Of a stretch of 64,000 bases of DNA, positions 49,071 to 61,260 are shown in pieces. Both the position numbers and the translations under genes were made by a program. The DNA is from Podarcis filfolensis (Eukaryota). Location of the stretch: assembly GCA_964270895.1 (NCBI GenBank), contig OZ185435.1, one strand, 5' to 3'. Every line of letters starts with the position of its first letter. Position 1 is the first letter of the stretch. The notes beneath the pieces are model-generated. The model was not told the DNA's origin. It did no database searches and saw nothing but the letters and a program-made list of their open reading frames with translations.

Positions 49071-50829
49071 TCAAATGCCCACCCTAAATTGTGCCAGGCC
49101 TGAAATGGGCTGAAGGTAGTCTAGACCTAGTTGCAGCATGGTACAGAATTATGTTCTTCATATTTTTGCATGCTGTTTCAGCTGGCAAAACTAAACTTGG
49201 ACTACTACTTAATGGGGTTTTTTATGTTATCAAAGCTACTAGCATGTTGAGTCACCTGTGGATTCCCCATCACCACCACACTTGGTGGAGTGAAAAGGTT
49301 AATATGGTGAGTCACCCATTGTTCTTTTGTTAAAACTAAGCAGATGGTTGTTTGTGGTTTAATTCATGATAATAAATTCTGATACATTTTTTTGTCAGTT
49401 TCTGTAAGAGTGTTTAGTAGTGGTGAATATACTTCTTTTCTTCATGTCTGTAGCTTCTGAGTGTCCGAACTTGTTTTACAGGTTTCCTGTGGTCAAACAG
49501 TTTGCCATAGTTTGAAGTGGCACATGGAGTTGGGAAAATAAATGCTTCTGAGACATCAGGTTATTAAAACTAAGGGGTCATGCTGGGAAAATAAATTGCC
49601 ACCAGCATGTACTGAAGTAGAAATATTTGTTAAGCTGCCTGCAGCTATGGATTTATTTATTTATTTCTTCCCTTTTACAAATAATAAATACTCACATTTC
49701 CCTTTCACTGTGATCACTTTTTATTTTTATTGGTAATTCAGAAAATAATGCTTCTTCCAATCTAGTTTTGACCTCTTGCTCATGGAAGGAACCTTCTGTG
49801 TTTCTCTTCCTGTGTGAAGAGTGCTATATGAACTATTTAATCTCAGCTAGCATTACAAAGAAATAATAAGGACAGAGGAAACAGGTACTTACATGAGTAA
49901 ATGTTTAAAGTTACCAGGCTTACAATAAAGCCTTGAATGTTCACCACAGCTGCCTATTTAATAGCTTCAGCCAAAGCTTGCTAACAAGAACAGATACTAC
50001 ACTAGATCGGCTCCAAAGTGGCTCCTTTCTGTCCTTTAATTGTTCTTCAGCCAGCTTAGTTCCAGAAAATGTTCTGTGTTATGCCTGTTAAAACTACCTT
50101 TAATAAAAGTAAATTACTTCTCTTATTCCCTCTATCAAAACTCAAGTAGTTGCGTTCCTCTCAGTTTGGAAGCAAAACAAAGCCAGCAAAAAACAAGAGC
50201 TTTCCATATATACGTAGGTACACAGAAGTGCTATAAGTTTGTAAATTAAAATAATGCTTAAAACAACAAATTCAAAAACAGCTTGCCAAAGACCTATGAG
50301 CTTCCTGAACTAATGAAATATTGTTGGCAGTTGAGGCTATGGAGATAAAGTTGCTCGCCCCATTGTCTAAAGATGGAACTTCCAGGTTTACGATGAACAT
50401 CAAAGACAGGAACTAGCAGCCTTCTACTACCTTTCGTAGGACAAGGAAACACATGCTGCAGCTCAGTCACAAATATGTTAAGACCCTGGATTTCTCCATG
50501 TTTTCTACAAATGACTCTTATTTCAGCTCTGGAAAAAGGTAAAAAAGAGGGGTGTCTAGCAGAAAAGTCTGGAAGATTGGGTGGGTCTGTTAATTATGTT
50601 TATGGATGAAAGCATTGGCGGCACAAGCCTTGTTTGTATGACATGGCAAGCCATATTATGGCTTAACAAATGTAAGGGAACCTGGAGAGGCATTTATAGA
50701 TCCTTTGCTCCTCTCTTGTTGCTGTTTTTTGTGTGTGCTAAGCTAAGTCAACGTTTGGTTTAACATGCCATCCAAAATAGGGCTTGCGGCTAAGCTCCTT
50801 CCTCCCTAAACACAAACTATAGTTATTCT

Positions 50830-50925
50830 CAAACCCCGGAGAGCTGCTGTTTGTCAGTGCAGACAATACTGAGCTGGACAGAACAGCTTAGTATTCTGAC
50901 TTAGTATAATGCAATCACCATTTTT
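50830..50925 (+). mobile_element. 3' half of the tRNA-headed SINE family
   Basis: CCCCGGAGAGCTGCTG...GTCAGTGCAGACAATACTGAGCTGGA...CTGACTTAGTATAA. Confidence 0.6.
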
Positions 50926-52808
50926 CCTAATCACCCTGGAATTCTCAGCAAGAGCTCAGTTGTGCTTCGGAAGTTTGCTGAGTTCTGGCACTTAAGCTTG
51001 GAGACGTTCAGCCACAAGTCAGTTAAACTAGCAACTTACAGAGCATGCAGGGAAATTGCCAAAGGCTTCATAACTGACCATCTTCTGAAGTCTTTTACAA
51101 CACTTATTTAGGACTACAATCTGAATGAATGCAAACATTCAAAAACTTATATATAGCAATATTGCAGCAGAGCATAAAAAGTTTTTTTAGGTTTTTTTTA
51201 AACTTGCCTTCCATCATTGACTCCCCATAGTCTGCCTGCTGGCACAAAATCTGTTGCACTATCAAACATGTTGCTCTAATTACAAATGCGTGTGGGCAGA
51301 GCTTGATGCACAACTATTAAAATAATGGGGGAAACATAAGCCCTATTGATTGAAATATGGTCTTACTTCAGTCAGACACCTTCCAATATCCCGAAGTCCC
51401 TGAAATGACTATGTTAAATGAAATACATTGCTGAAGTTAATAATATGTGCCATAATACCAGATATTTTTTCCCATTCACCAGGAGGACTGTTTATGCTGC
51501 TCAGTTAATAAACCATATGGGAAACAGTCCTACTAGAAAAGTTAACCAGCAAATTGCAATTAACACGAGGACAAACAAAAGAGGATGCCTTCACCCTTGT
51601 ACATACACAGCCCCAAAAGACAACAACATAAGCCCCCAACAGCATACAAATTGACATGGCTAATTTGACCCAACAACTCCCTCCCCCTCAACATAACAGC
51701 AAAACTCACTGCAATCAACCAAATGCAACCAACCATGGCCTGAGCTCTCCAATCTCTTTCACCACCAACAAAAACTAAAAAATAAATAGATGAAGAACCT
51801 ATCTACGTGATGCTGACACAAAAACAGTGCACCTACACTATGCAAGAGAAGTATGGTAAATCATTACCCCCCTTCTTTCTCCCACATCTCTCTATCTGCC
51901 TATTTCTCCCTCACAACCTCACAATGCCTATGATAGCAGTATTTCACACTTTTTGTTCCTCTCATTAAAAAAACAAACATGAATCTAAACTAATGAATCA
52001 CAGTAGTGCTCCTAGATACACCTAAAAAAGTACCTACCCTTTTAAAGGTAGTGATAACTTTCTATCTGACAATATCTAAGAATGGCTGAATAGTCTTAAA
52101 GAAAACCCTTCTACTATGACACCTTCCTGCTCTGTTCAGCTGTTGTAATAATATCAGGATGAAGTTAGTAGAAAGGGAAGTGGAAACTTGACACAAGGAC
52201 ACTTGGGGTCTTTGGAGGTCCCCCCCCCCCGGGAATGCTTGATCAGAACTTTAAAAATGCTTCCCTTAAAATGAGCTCTCTCCACCACTCTCTATTTCTA
52301 TGTTTTCCTCCTCCCTTGATTTTTTTTAAATGTAATTACTTCTGGTTTTCTGTCTTCTTACTGTTAGAAATGTCACATTGTTTAGTTATCAGCACGCTTA
52401 CTCGGAGAAGTTTATTAAACGTGATGTGGTGTTTCTGACATAGCGGTCTGAAAAGCAAAATGGATTTCATGGCTGGGTTCATAAAATGTGCCTCTTTGTA
52501 TGGGTGGATTTAATTGGACAGTTTCTTATTTAGGAAAATTGCTCCCTGAAAGGCATAGTGTGGGTGGGCAGATGGTGTCAGTCAGAACAGAGGGAAAAGA
52601 AGATCCGGCTGAGTGACTATATGGGCTAAGCAGAAAGCAAAAGGAAGACACTCTTCAAGCAAAGCAATTGCTTGCTCTTGCCTGTGTGCATGCATTCAGC
52701 AGACCTGTGACATGGTTTATGCTTTTAATTGTGGTACAATTCTGTATTTCTGATTTGGGGATACTGGGATGTTTCCCTCGTTTTAGAGACTGCTTGTGTT
52801 CCTTCCCA

Positions 52809-52945
52809 GGGTAAGGATGGTAGCTCAGTGGTAGAGCATCTGACTTGTGTACAGAAGGTCCCAGTTCAATTCCCAGCATCTCCAAGCAGGGCTGGGACTG
52901 TCCCCTATCTAAAACCCTGGAAAACTACTGGCAGTTTAGAGCAGA
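52809..52945 (+). mobile_element. tRNA(Ala)-derived SINE head, 3'-truncated
   Basis: GTAGCTCAGTGGTAGAGCATCTG...GAAGGTCCCAGTTCAATTCCCAGCATCTCCA continues into SINE body GGGCTGGGA...AAACCCTGGA. Confidence 0.8.
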
Positions 52946-53222
52946 CCAGGTATCTTCAACCTTTTCAGTCTCAGTAGGAGTCCAGTCCAGTTCAGCACAG
53001 GTGTGATTGGACGGTCTTGAATGTTACCTAAGGAAGTCTTTGTGCAGAAGTTTATCATTACCCCTTGTGAGGGCAAAGGCATTGACATGTTTTCTTTTAC
53101 AAAAAGGCATGGTAGGTTTTCCTTTGATGGGGTAACTTTTGGAGAAACTTGTTTGATTACACCAAACAGAATTTTACTTTAGATATCAGTTTTACAAAAA
53201 AGTATATTCTTCACTTGCTTGA

Positions 53223-53803
53223 TGTCAGGGACTGGCTGGATGAGGAGTGGCGGTGGAAGCCGTCTAACCAAGAGCCCCCTAGGGGAAGCACAGAGGGAGA
53301 GGATTGAGATCCTGTCTTCTGCTGGTGGGAAACCAGCCACACCCCAGAGGAGGGGAAGAGCTGGGAAGTACTGGAGGCTGGGAGCTTGGAGGATGATGAA
53401 GAGGAGGAAACAGGCAGGTACCCCAGCAAAGGGCAGAGACAGGAATCAGACTTGTTAGATCCACCACAGAGCCACCCTGACAGCTTCTCTGCTAACAGCT
53501 TGCAAACCCCCACCTCCACATCCCCAAACTCTCACCTAGATGCATGTTACCGAGCCAGGAAGCAACAGAGAGGGTCCCTTGGGGCTTGCCATAGACAGGG
53601 AGGGGCCTGACACAGAGGGATAGGGAGTGGAGGAGGAGTTCCAAGCCAGTGTGGGCAACTGCTTCATCAGAAGCAACCCTTAGAAGTGTCCATTTGTTAC
53701 TTGATTTGCTTCCTTAATAAAGAAACTACCTGTGAGTTAGCTGGTGTTTCACTGTATTTCTCTGATCTGCAAATGACCTGTTCTCCTTGTCAGCTCCCAG
53801 ACA
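53223..53803 (+). mobile_element. Solo LTR (probably Gypsy-type)
   Basis: TGT...ACA termini, AATAAA at 53716-53721, flanks CTTGA / CTTGC (4/5 TSD match), GC-richer than the surroundings, no internal ORFs adjacent. Confidence 0.75.
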
Positions 53804-55047
53804 CTTGCAAAGTATTCCAAACATTTTACTTACAGTAAATAAGGAATGCTTACCCTTCTAGTGTTTTGTTTCTTTTTTATTGATTATTTTGAATATATGT
53901 AGAGAGGACATGGGGGGAATGGAGTTGAAATGAAGTGATATCGGAAATGTGACAATGTTGAGGGCCAATATTTATAAAGAACAAAAATCATCATACAGTT
54001 GTTTTAAGTACTGTATACTCCATCATGTGAGCTGTATTGGTCTAACAAACATTTGTTCTAACCCTTTATAAAAAAGAATATAGCTTTCAGCATTCTGAAG
54101 CAAATATCAAGATCACTCGGAAATGCAAATTCCATATATCTATAATACAGTTATTACCCTGGATGTGCATTGGCCTATGCTTTAATGGATTATTTTAGCA
54201 AAGAGAGGCAGAGGAATGAGAGGTCATACTAGGAGAGAACAGCAAAGAAATGACGGCTGCAGTTCTATGCACGTTAACCTGGAAATAAGACTCATTGAGC
54301 AATCTGAAAATTAGCCCAACCCTGTTAGCCTATTTTATGTATCAATCTCTTCAGCTCCTAGTTGAGCCAAGCTGCTAAAAAAGCCAATGTTTGACTCCAG
54401 GAGGAAAAGTTGGTTTCTCCAGAGCTGCTGCATAAGCTACTTATAAAAGCCGTAGGAAATGCTGCTGCTGAATATTTCCAAGAAAATATTAAGAGCCCAG
54501 GGATATTATTCAGTTGCATTTTTTAAAAGGGATGTATCCAGTATTAAATTGATGCATATGTCAACTTTAGACCACAAGTACAGTGTTTAATTTAAGAACT
54601 TTTGACAATGTATGAACTACAGTGATTCCTTCTGCCCTTTGTTTCTGTTGGTGTTATTTTAAATAAAATACAATTTCAGCAGTTGCTTTCACACCCACAC
54701 TCCACTGCTTCAGACATGATTGAGCAATGTCCATTTACCTGTAGTTCCTATTTAATAGCCCTAGTGAATTTACTATTGAGCAAGCAAGGTTAGGAGGGAG
54801 GCAGATCTGTCTCAATTATGGTATAATTCTTTTGTCCTGCCATTTCTCACTGTCAGTCTCCCCATTGCATTTATTCATTCTTCCACCCTTTTCCTGTTCC
54901 CTCCATATTCATTTAAGACTTTTATGCATCCCCAAACTTAAAAATGCCACCCACAGTCTGCTTTAACAAATGTTTCACTCCACATCAACTGACATTTTGT
55001 CTCATTGCTCAGGTTTCTATATCTCTTCCTTCTGTATTCCAAAACAG

Positions 55048-55155
55048 CTGCCTACACTACCTTTTCTGTAGTGGGTGCCCATCACAGAAGCCTAAAAATA
55101 ACTGGTCAGACAGTAAGTACAGCACCATCAGTGTTCCATGTTTTTCCTAACTATG
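55048..55155 (+). CDS. Candidate 108-nt cassette exon (phase 1-1: xAYTTFSVVGAHHRSLKITGQTVSTAPSVFHVFPNY)
   Basis: Acceptor CTCTTCCTTCTGTATTCCAAAACAG, donor ATG|GTAAGC; alternative internal donor GTAAGT near 55113. Confidence 0.25.
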
Positions 55156-55268
55156 GTAAGCATATTGCCATTCCCTGGTTCTTCCCAGCCTTGGAGAGCT
55201 CAGCCTAGCAGTTGTGCAGTGACCTTCATCCACTCCCCAGCTCAAAGTCTGGGAGGAAGGCTAAGGGC

Positions 55269-55294
55269 TGCTGAGTCACTTCATTCCTGTGGTT
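55269..55294 (+). promoter_or_regulatory. Candidate enhancer core: ARE/AP-1, TEAD and RUNX motifs
   Basis: TGCTGAGTCAC (55269-55279), CATTCCT (55282-55288), TGTGGTT (55288-55294). Confidence 0.4.
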
Positions 55295-55752
55295 CCAAGG
55301 GTATGTTGACCAAGAAGTGACCAAAGTGGGAAGCTCCCTCCCAACCTTCCTTTGGCCAGCTGGGGCAGCTTGAGCCGGGGTACCCTAACTGCCAAACAAC
55401 TGCAAGTCTTTTCTGTGAGGAATGCTTGGACGTCACTACTGTACAGGGCTAATTAGGTTTAAGGGGGGGGGCAAACTTTTTGGTTTGGCTAGTAAGGCCA
55501 GCCAGTCATAGTAGATGTACAGTACTGTGACTTATGCTGAGATTATAAATTGGGAAAGATCTCTCAAAGTCCAAAAACTTGCGGTCATCCAATAAAACTT
55601 AGGGTCAACAGAGTAAGTAGTTTTTATAAGGACAGATAAATGCAAAGGGCATGCAGATCATAAGAGGAAACATATATGATACAGGCAAGACACATGCAAA
55701 ATGAATGTGATGGTTGGAGCTAACAAATTGCAATGCTTTGTTTGTAATTTCC

Positions 55753-55840
55753 AGGCATCACCTGGGTTCCCACAGTGTGGGATATGCTGCCGAATGAATC
55801 ACTAGTCTAACCTGCAATCACAGTTTCTTATGTTCTTCTG
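55753..55840 (+). mobile_element. CR1 3' end remnant
   Basis: GGCATCACCTGGGTTCCCACAGTGTGGGATATGCTG...TTTCTTATGTTCTT. Confidence 0.5.
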
Positions 55841-57556
55841 TGATGACAGTCATGATATTCTACTGAATGATCAGACAATACAACCCAGTTAGATACTTTT
55901 ATTTATGTTCAATGGGGTGCCTAGTTCCTTATTTCAAAGCCTGTTGTGAATATTTTATACTGGGAGTTTAGTTTTCAGTTCAAGGGTATCGACAAACTTG
56001 TATGTCTCTGAGGGAAGTTTTTTGGGAATTGAGCGCACTAGAAGAAGCTCCCCAGAAAGCTCAGGGAGAAGAAAGCTACACCATGCCATGAATAACAAAT
56101 GGCTACTGCTTGCATGAGAAAAGTGCAAAATGATTTTGGCTAATTAAGTGTGAGAGCAAAACAATTCCTATTTCCATCCATTCTTTCCACATCAATAGTC
56201 TGTTTTCAGTTTTCAACTGCAGGTTATACCATAAAACAGCATCCGTGTGTGAGAAAGGAAGGAATTTAAATGATCTGAAAAGCTTGGCATATAAACGTCT
56301 GTCAGATAATGTTTGTAGGAACTAGAAAATCATATAGACAGCTTGTCTTTGTGGGTCTCAGGGGTGGTCTTGTCACTGCTTCCCTGGGTATAGCTCCTTT
56401 AAGCATACAAGATTGCTGTGAGATCCCTTCTGAAGAAAACTAATCTGGATCCAGGTGATATAAATAATTACTTCCCCATGTCAGACCTACCTTATTTGGA
56501 CAAGGTGTTCACCTCATTCATTCCTAAGTGAACTTGATAACTTAGATGAATTTTAGTCTTGCTTCTGCTCCAGTTTTTGAAACAGAAGCAACCTTGGCTA
56601 CCCTAATGTCCACTAACAGGGGAAGTGCAATCCTGTTTATTGTCCAGAAACTGGTTGGTGGGATATTGTAGTTCTACCCAATGGCCTTTGGCCTGTGGGA
56701 TACCACAAGTTTCCAGGCTTTCTCCTTTGGTTTCTAACATCTGCATGGGACTGTTGTGAGGACATTCAGAGATGTTGTCTGGAATTTCATCAGTATACTG
56801 ATGGCTTACAGCTCTATCTCCATTTTCCATCTTCTGATCCTAAAGAGGCAGGGAGCTAATAACCTCTTGTCACTTCAGAAGCAGATCAGGGCAAGCTAGC
56901 TGAAAATGAAAGATGGATGTAGTTGGAGATGGGTTCAGCTGATCTGTAAGTGGGTTTTTACCCTGTTCTGAAACACTGCTCCTGGATCCAGGGCTCTCCC
57001 TTTATATTTTTCAGGTGGCAGCACCTCCACATCAGGCTGGTTTTCTAGTCATTCATGCTCAGTTAAATTTGGATTGCTATGATGCTTTCTACTGGCTATG
57101 GTGCTTTCTATAGCTCAGAAAAGACAATTGGTCCAGAATTCAGCTGCCAAAGCTTTGACTAGAGCTGAACAACTGGAGTATTTGATGTTAAACTTGAACC
57201 ATCTACACATGCTACCCATTTGTTTTCGGTCTCAGTTTAAGGTTCTAGAGTGGACCTTTAAGGTTCTTAATGGTCTAGGATTGGGGTATATCAATAACCA
57301 CTCTGTCCTATATAAACTTGCCTAAGCTTTAAGGAGAACTTACTTTAGCTTTAGGGAAGTTACTGGTACTTCCTGTTCCTTCACTACTGGATGGGCCCAA
57401 GAAACAGAACTATTTTAGGTGATGGTGCCAAAACTTTGGGATGGCCACCTTGGGAAAACCTGTCAGATTCCTTCTCTTCCTGAGTTTAGAAGGATTGTGA
57501 AGATGTAGTTGTTCAAACAAGTATTGAATATATAATACACTACTTTTTAAAAACAA

Positions 57557-57767
57557 GTTACAGATAGGTAGCCGTGTTGGTCTGCCATAGTCAAAACAAA
57601 AACAAAAAAATTTCTTCCAGTAGCACCTTAAAGACCAACTAAGTTAGTTCTTGGTATGAGCTTTCGTGTGCATGGTATCTGAAGAAGTGTGCATGCACAC
57701 GAAAGCTCATACCAAGAACTAACGTAGTTGGTCTTTAAGGTGCTACTGGAAGAAATTTTTTTTTTTT
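57557..57767. mobile_element. Penelope-like element pseudo-LTR remnant in inverted arrangement
   Basis: 70-nt arms 57604-57673 and 57693-57762 are 69/70 reverse-complementary; GGTCTTTAAGGTGCTACTGG and the hammerhead motif are typical of reptile Penelope termini as I recall them; imperfect TSD TTTTTAAAA(A)CAA. Confidence 0.85.
57673..57714 (+). ncRNA. Minimal type I hammerhead ribozyme motif
   Basis: Stem I TGGTAT/ATACCA; core CTGAAGA (57679-57685); one extra A; stem II GTGTG-CATG-CACAC; GAAA (57701-57704); palindromic AGCT stem III; predicted cleavage after CTC at 57708. Confidence 0.85.
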
Positions 57768-58304
57768 AAAACAACAACACCCTGATTTAAAATGTCTGTT
57801 ATCACTGGCACTGTTACTTTGTTCTAATTGTAGATGTTTCCACCTTTCTTATTTATAAAGTGCTTTATTGATTGTTGTTTTTGTAAGCAGTATTGGATGT
57901 AATTTATTGAAAAAAACAATAACAAACAACAATTATTCTTATGTGGAAAGGCTTGGAAGAGGAATTAACTTAAGAATTAATGTTTATATTGATTCAGTTG
58001 TTTTGTACATAGACCACACATTTTAAAAATGGTACCTGTGTTTGTAAGTATAGAATGGAGAATAAGGGGTCATATATAATCTGTGGGTTTCCTGTCAGAA
58101 TTCTGCAAGTGTGGGCTGCCCTGAGGCAAAGAGTCTTGGACTTGACAAGAGTGTTGATGGTCGCTAATATTCTGGTGATGTGTTTCTATGGGAACTAAAT
58201 GCTAGACAACTGCTTCTTATCAAGACTTATCAGGACTATTCTGGAACATTCTGAATAGGGAGAATTGATCGCTTACCACTCCTTAGCTAAGGATAATGCA
58301 ATTT

Positions 58305-58400
58305 ATTAATTCGTTCAATCAATTTATATCTCACCCTTCCTCCCAAAAGAGCCCAGGGCAACAAACACATCTAGTCTTATTCTTACTATTTTTAAAAAGT
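58305..58400 (-). mobile_element. Squam3/L2-type tail remnant
   Basis: ATTTATATCTCACCCTTCCTCCCAAAAGAGCCCAGGGC, parallel to 45020-45060. Confidence 0.55.
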
Positions 58401-59084
58401 ATTATCAAAACAGTTAAAAACAGTCTCTCAGCCAGTGATTTCAGAGTTGCCAGAAACTGTACATTTCAGCTATCGAATGCCAGGGAAAATGGGAATGTTT
58501 TAAAATTTCTCCTGACACACATCACCAGGAAAGTCAATCCAGTTGTGTGTGAATGAAACAATTGGGGCTGTTAGTATTGAATGCAGACAAATTTTTACAG
58601 TTGCATTCAGGGTGGTCTGGTGGTGTAAAGAAATCTCTTAAAGTTCAGGAGAAAGATGTTTGTGTTGGTGGGGAAAGGGTTCATGGTGAGAGTTCTTTTG
58701 AAAACTTGCAATATCAGGGGGAAAAAGCAAACAAACAAGGGCAGGACCTGTGTTTGTGTGTGTTTGTGGCTAATAGCCACTCATGGAGCAAGAAAGCTCT
58801 GCTGTTGCTACATATGCATTCAAATAGGTTTGCAAATGTCCCTGAGAGCAGTAGCATGTGATGATGTTCCCTCCCTCCCAGGAACCTTATACAGAATGGG
58901 GAGCCAGCTTTATTTTCATACAGTGTCCCTGGGACGAATGGCATGTATCACCTGCTGTCTCTCCAAGGGACTTTCATGGCCCTATCTGAAATTAGCAAGT
59001 GACAGTCAAAGAGGCAGCCAGGCTTTTCAGCTGCTTGGAGTGGCTATCTCCTGCCAAAACAATAACAAAAAACAAAACTTGGAA

Positions 59085-59170
59085 AATCCCTAAACTACTG
59101 GTCCTGCTAGCTAGGGATGATGGGAGTTGTAGTCCAAAAACAGCTGAAGACCAAAGGTTGGGAAACCCTG
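59085..59170. mobile_element. hAT fold-back MITE, right half
   Basis: GGGATGATGGGAGTTGTAGTCCAAAAACAGCTG...GGTTGGGAAACCCTG. Confidence 0.7.
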
Positions 59171-61260
59171 GTTTAAACTATTGGTATCACTTACCTGTGC
59201 CTCTCTGTGAGGAGAGTAACCTTCACACAATGTCATAGTTCTACATCTGGAGCATCTCAGTGGGCACAGTCTAATAGTTGTGGTTTGGATGCCAGTGGTT
59301 TAGATACACTCCACATGGCCTCTGCTGAAGTTACATTTTAAAGAGGTCTCAGCTTCTCAATTACTAGCAGTCTGTACCAGTAGTTAAGGATTACTTTATT
59401 CCATCATATACTAAAGATTTTCAGTGGGATTGGGTGAGAAGGTGAATAATTTGAACCTGATATTCGAATTAATTTACCCCTTGACCAGAACAGATGCCAG
59501 CGACTTCCTGTCTATACTCAATGCAAAGTTCCACCTCTTACCTTTGTATCTTAGCATAGGGCACAGTTTGTTGCAAGAGTTGTGAAAACAAACCATTGAT
59601 TTGTGGGTCTTTCATGTTAGAATGTTTGTTCAACCTGCTGGATCAATAAGCAGAGGTCACAAGGACTCAGTAAATATAATTTTTTATCCTGCTGCAAAAG
59701 AAATATTTTAAGCCATAAAGAAACCTCATTACTATGTGTACTGCACTGTGGAGGAAAGAAGACATACGTGCCCCTGGGAAGTGACCGTAGCCGGCCTTTG
59801 TTGGCCAGATATTAAATGTTAGGTAATGCAGAACATAAATGCCTCTATTCCTTCACTCTGCTTGTATGTCTGCTCCAGGTTTATTACCCTTTCTAACTCG
59901 ATATTTCCCTACCCTTATCTATATATTGAGTATCAGTATATATTGAAACATGCTTAAGCATATTAAAATCAACATATTATAACCAAGTAAGCTTTACACA
60001 GAGTAGACCCATTGAGATTAATGTACCCAAGTTAGTCAGAGCCAAAGTTGTGTAGGGCTTTAAAGGTAAACACCAACTAAAGTTAGTATGACTAACATTT
60101 GATTCAACCTATTAGGGTTAAAGCGTACTTTAACTGTCTGTTGGATTGTGACCTCAGTGTTATTTTCCTGTTGTTCAATATAAGCTCACAGATTTTCTTC
60201 CTAAATACATAGGAACTTGAGATGCTTTATGTATTACATACAGAATGTTTATTCTCCCTATGCACATGCAGTATGTGTTGTACATTTTTACACACACACA
60301 AATACACATATGCATAATAAAAACTGAGTAAGTCCTGTATAATAAAAACATGAGCAGAAAACATACACAATATAAATCATAAATGCCTTCTTCAATAAAA
60401 TGTGGCTGAGTATCACATGTAGAAGTTAAAAATGCAAACTTCATAAAACAAGAAAATAAAATAGTAAAAAACGAGGCACTGTCATATTTCAGTCACTAAC
60501 AATTAGCATCTCACTGATGAAGTGTAAATTATATCATGCCACCTTTCTACCTTCTTTGTTTATCTGAACTCTTGCTGTTATTTCATATGTTTTCCCACTC
60601 TAGAAAGCCCATCAAAATAATGTATATATTTTACATTAGGCCAGGCCTCCTAAAATGAGTGCTTTTAGAAGAAATCAATACTGTTTGGCTATAGTTCATC
60701 AGTAGTGGTTTCATTTGTTCAGTTGATTCAGCAGAAACAGCCCTGTCTGCTTCTGTGAGTAGGGCTTGTTTGCTGGAAAAGAGAAGTAGCAACTGAGTTA
60801 ACAAGAAAATTAAAGGGCTGGAAAGATAAGAAACCATATTTCCTGTATGTGTATATTGGTGAAGGTGGATGCACAGAGATCCTGATAAAGTTCTTGAAAG
60901 TCATTTAGCTGTGGGTCACTTACGAACTCCAGGTATGGAGATCTTTTCTATCATTTGGGAAAGGACACAAAACTCCCTGATCCCAATTAGTAATGCATAT
61001 GAAATAGGGCTCTTGCAGTGTATCTTCCAAAATCTTCTTCAACTTCCAAGCAGCTCTGTTAGTACCAATGCATATCATCTTGACCTTTATGGAGGTGGAT
61101 TCAACAACAGCTGGAACCCAATTTGGTACAACCCAGATGGCATTTGTAATGATTTTTAGAATTAGCAAAGAAAGTCTGCATATGTGGGAGGGTTGCAAAG
61201 TCCATTCTGTAGGTAGCATGAAAGGCAAGGCCTAGTATGTCCTAAGGGTACCCCCAAAGA

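Larger units (their letters stand above)
56430..57935 (+). mobile_element. Old L2-type LINE (RT to 3' end), interrupted by a Penelope-type insertion
   Basis: FHQYTDGLQLYL (decayed HQYADDTQLYL) near 56785-56820; QLVQNSAAKALT...LHMLPICFRSQFKVLEWTFKVLNGLG at ~57120-57290. Confidence 0.8.

Noticed and set aside
52809-52885. tRNA-Ala-like gene
   Set aside because: Acceptor, anticodon and T stems are disrupted and the sequence runs into a SINE body found in other copies; it is a SINE head.
53211-53610. Cluster of ORFs including acidic MEDDEEEE
   Set aside because: All lie inside the solo LTR and reflect purine-rich LTR sequence.
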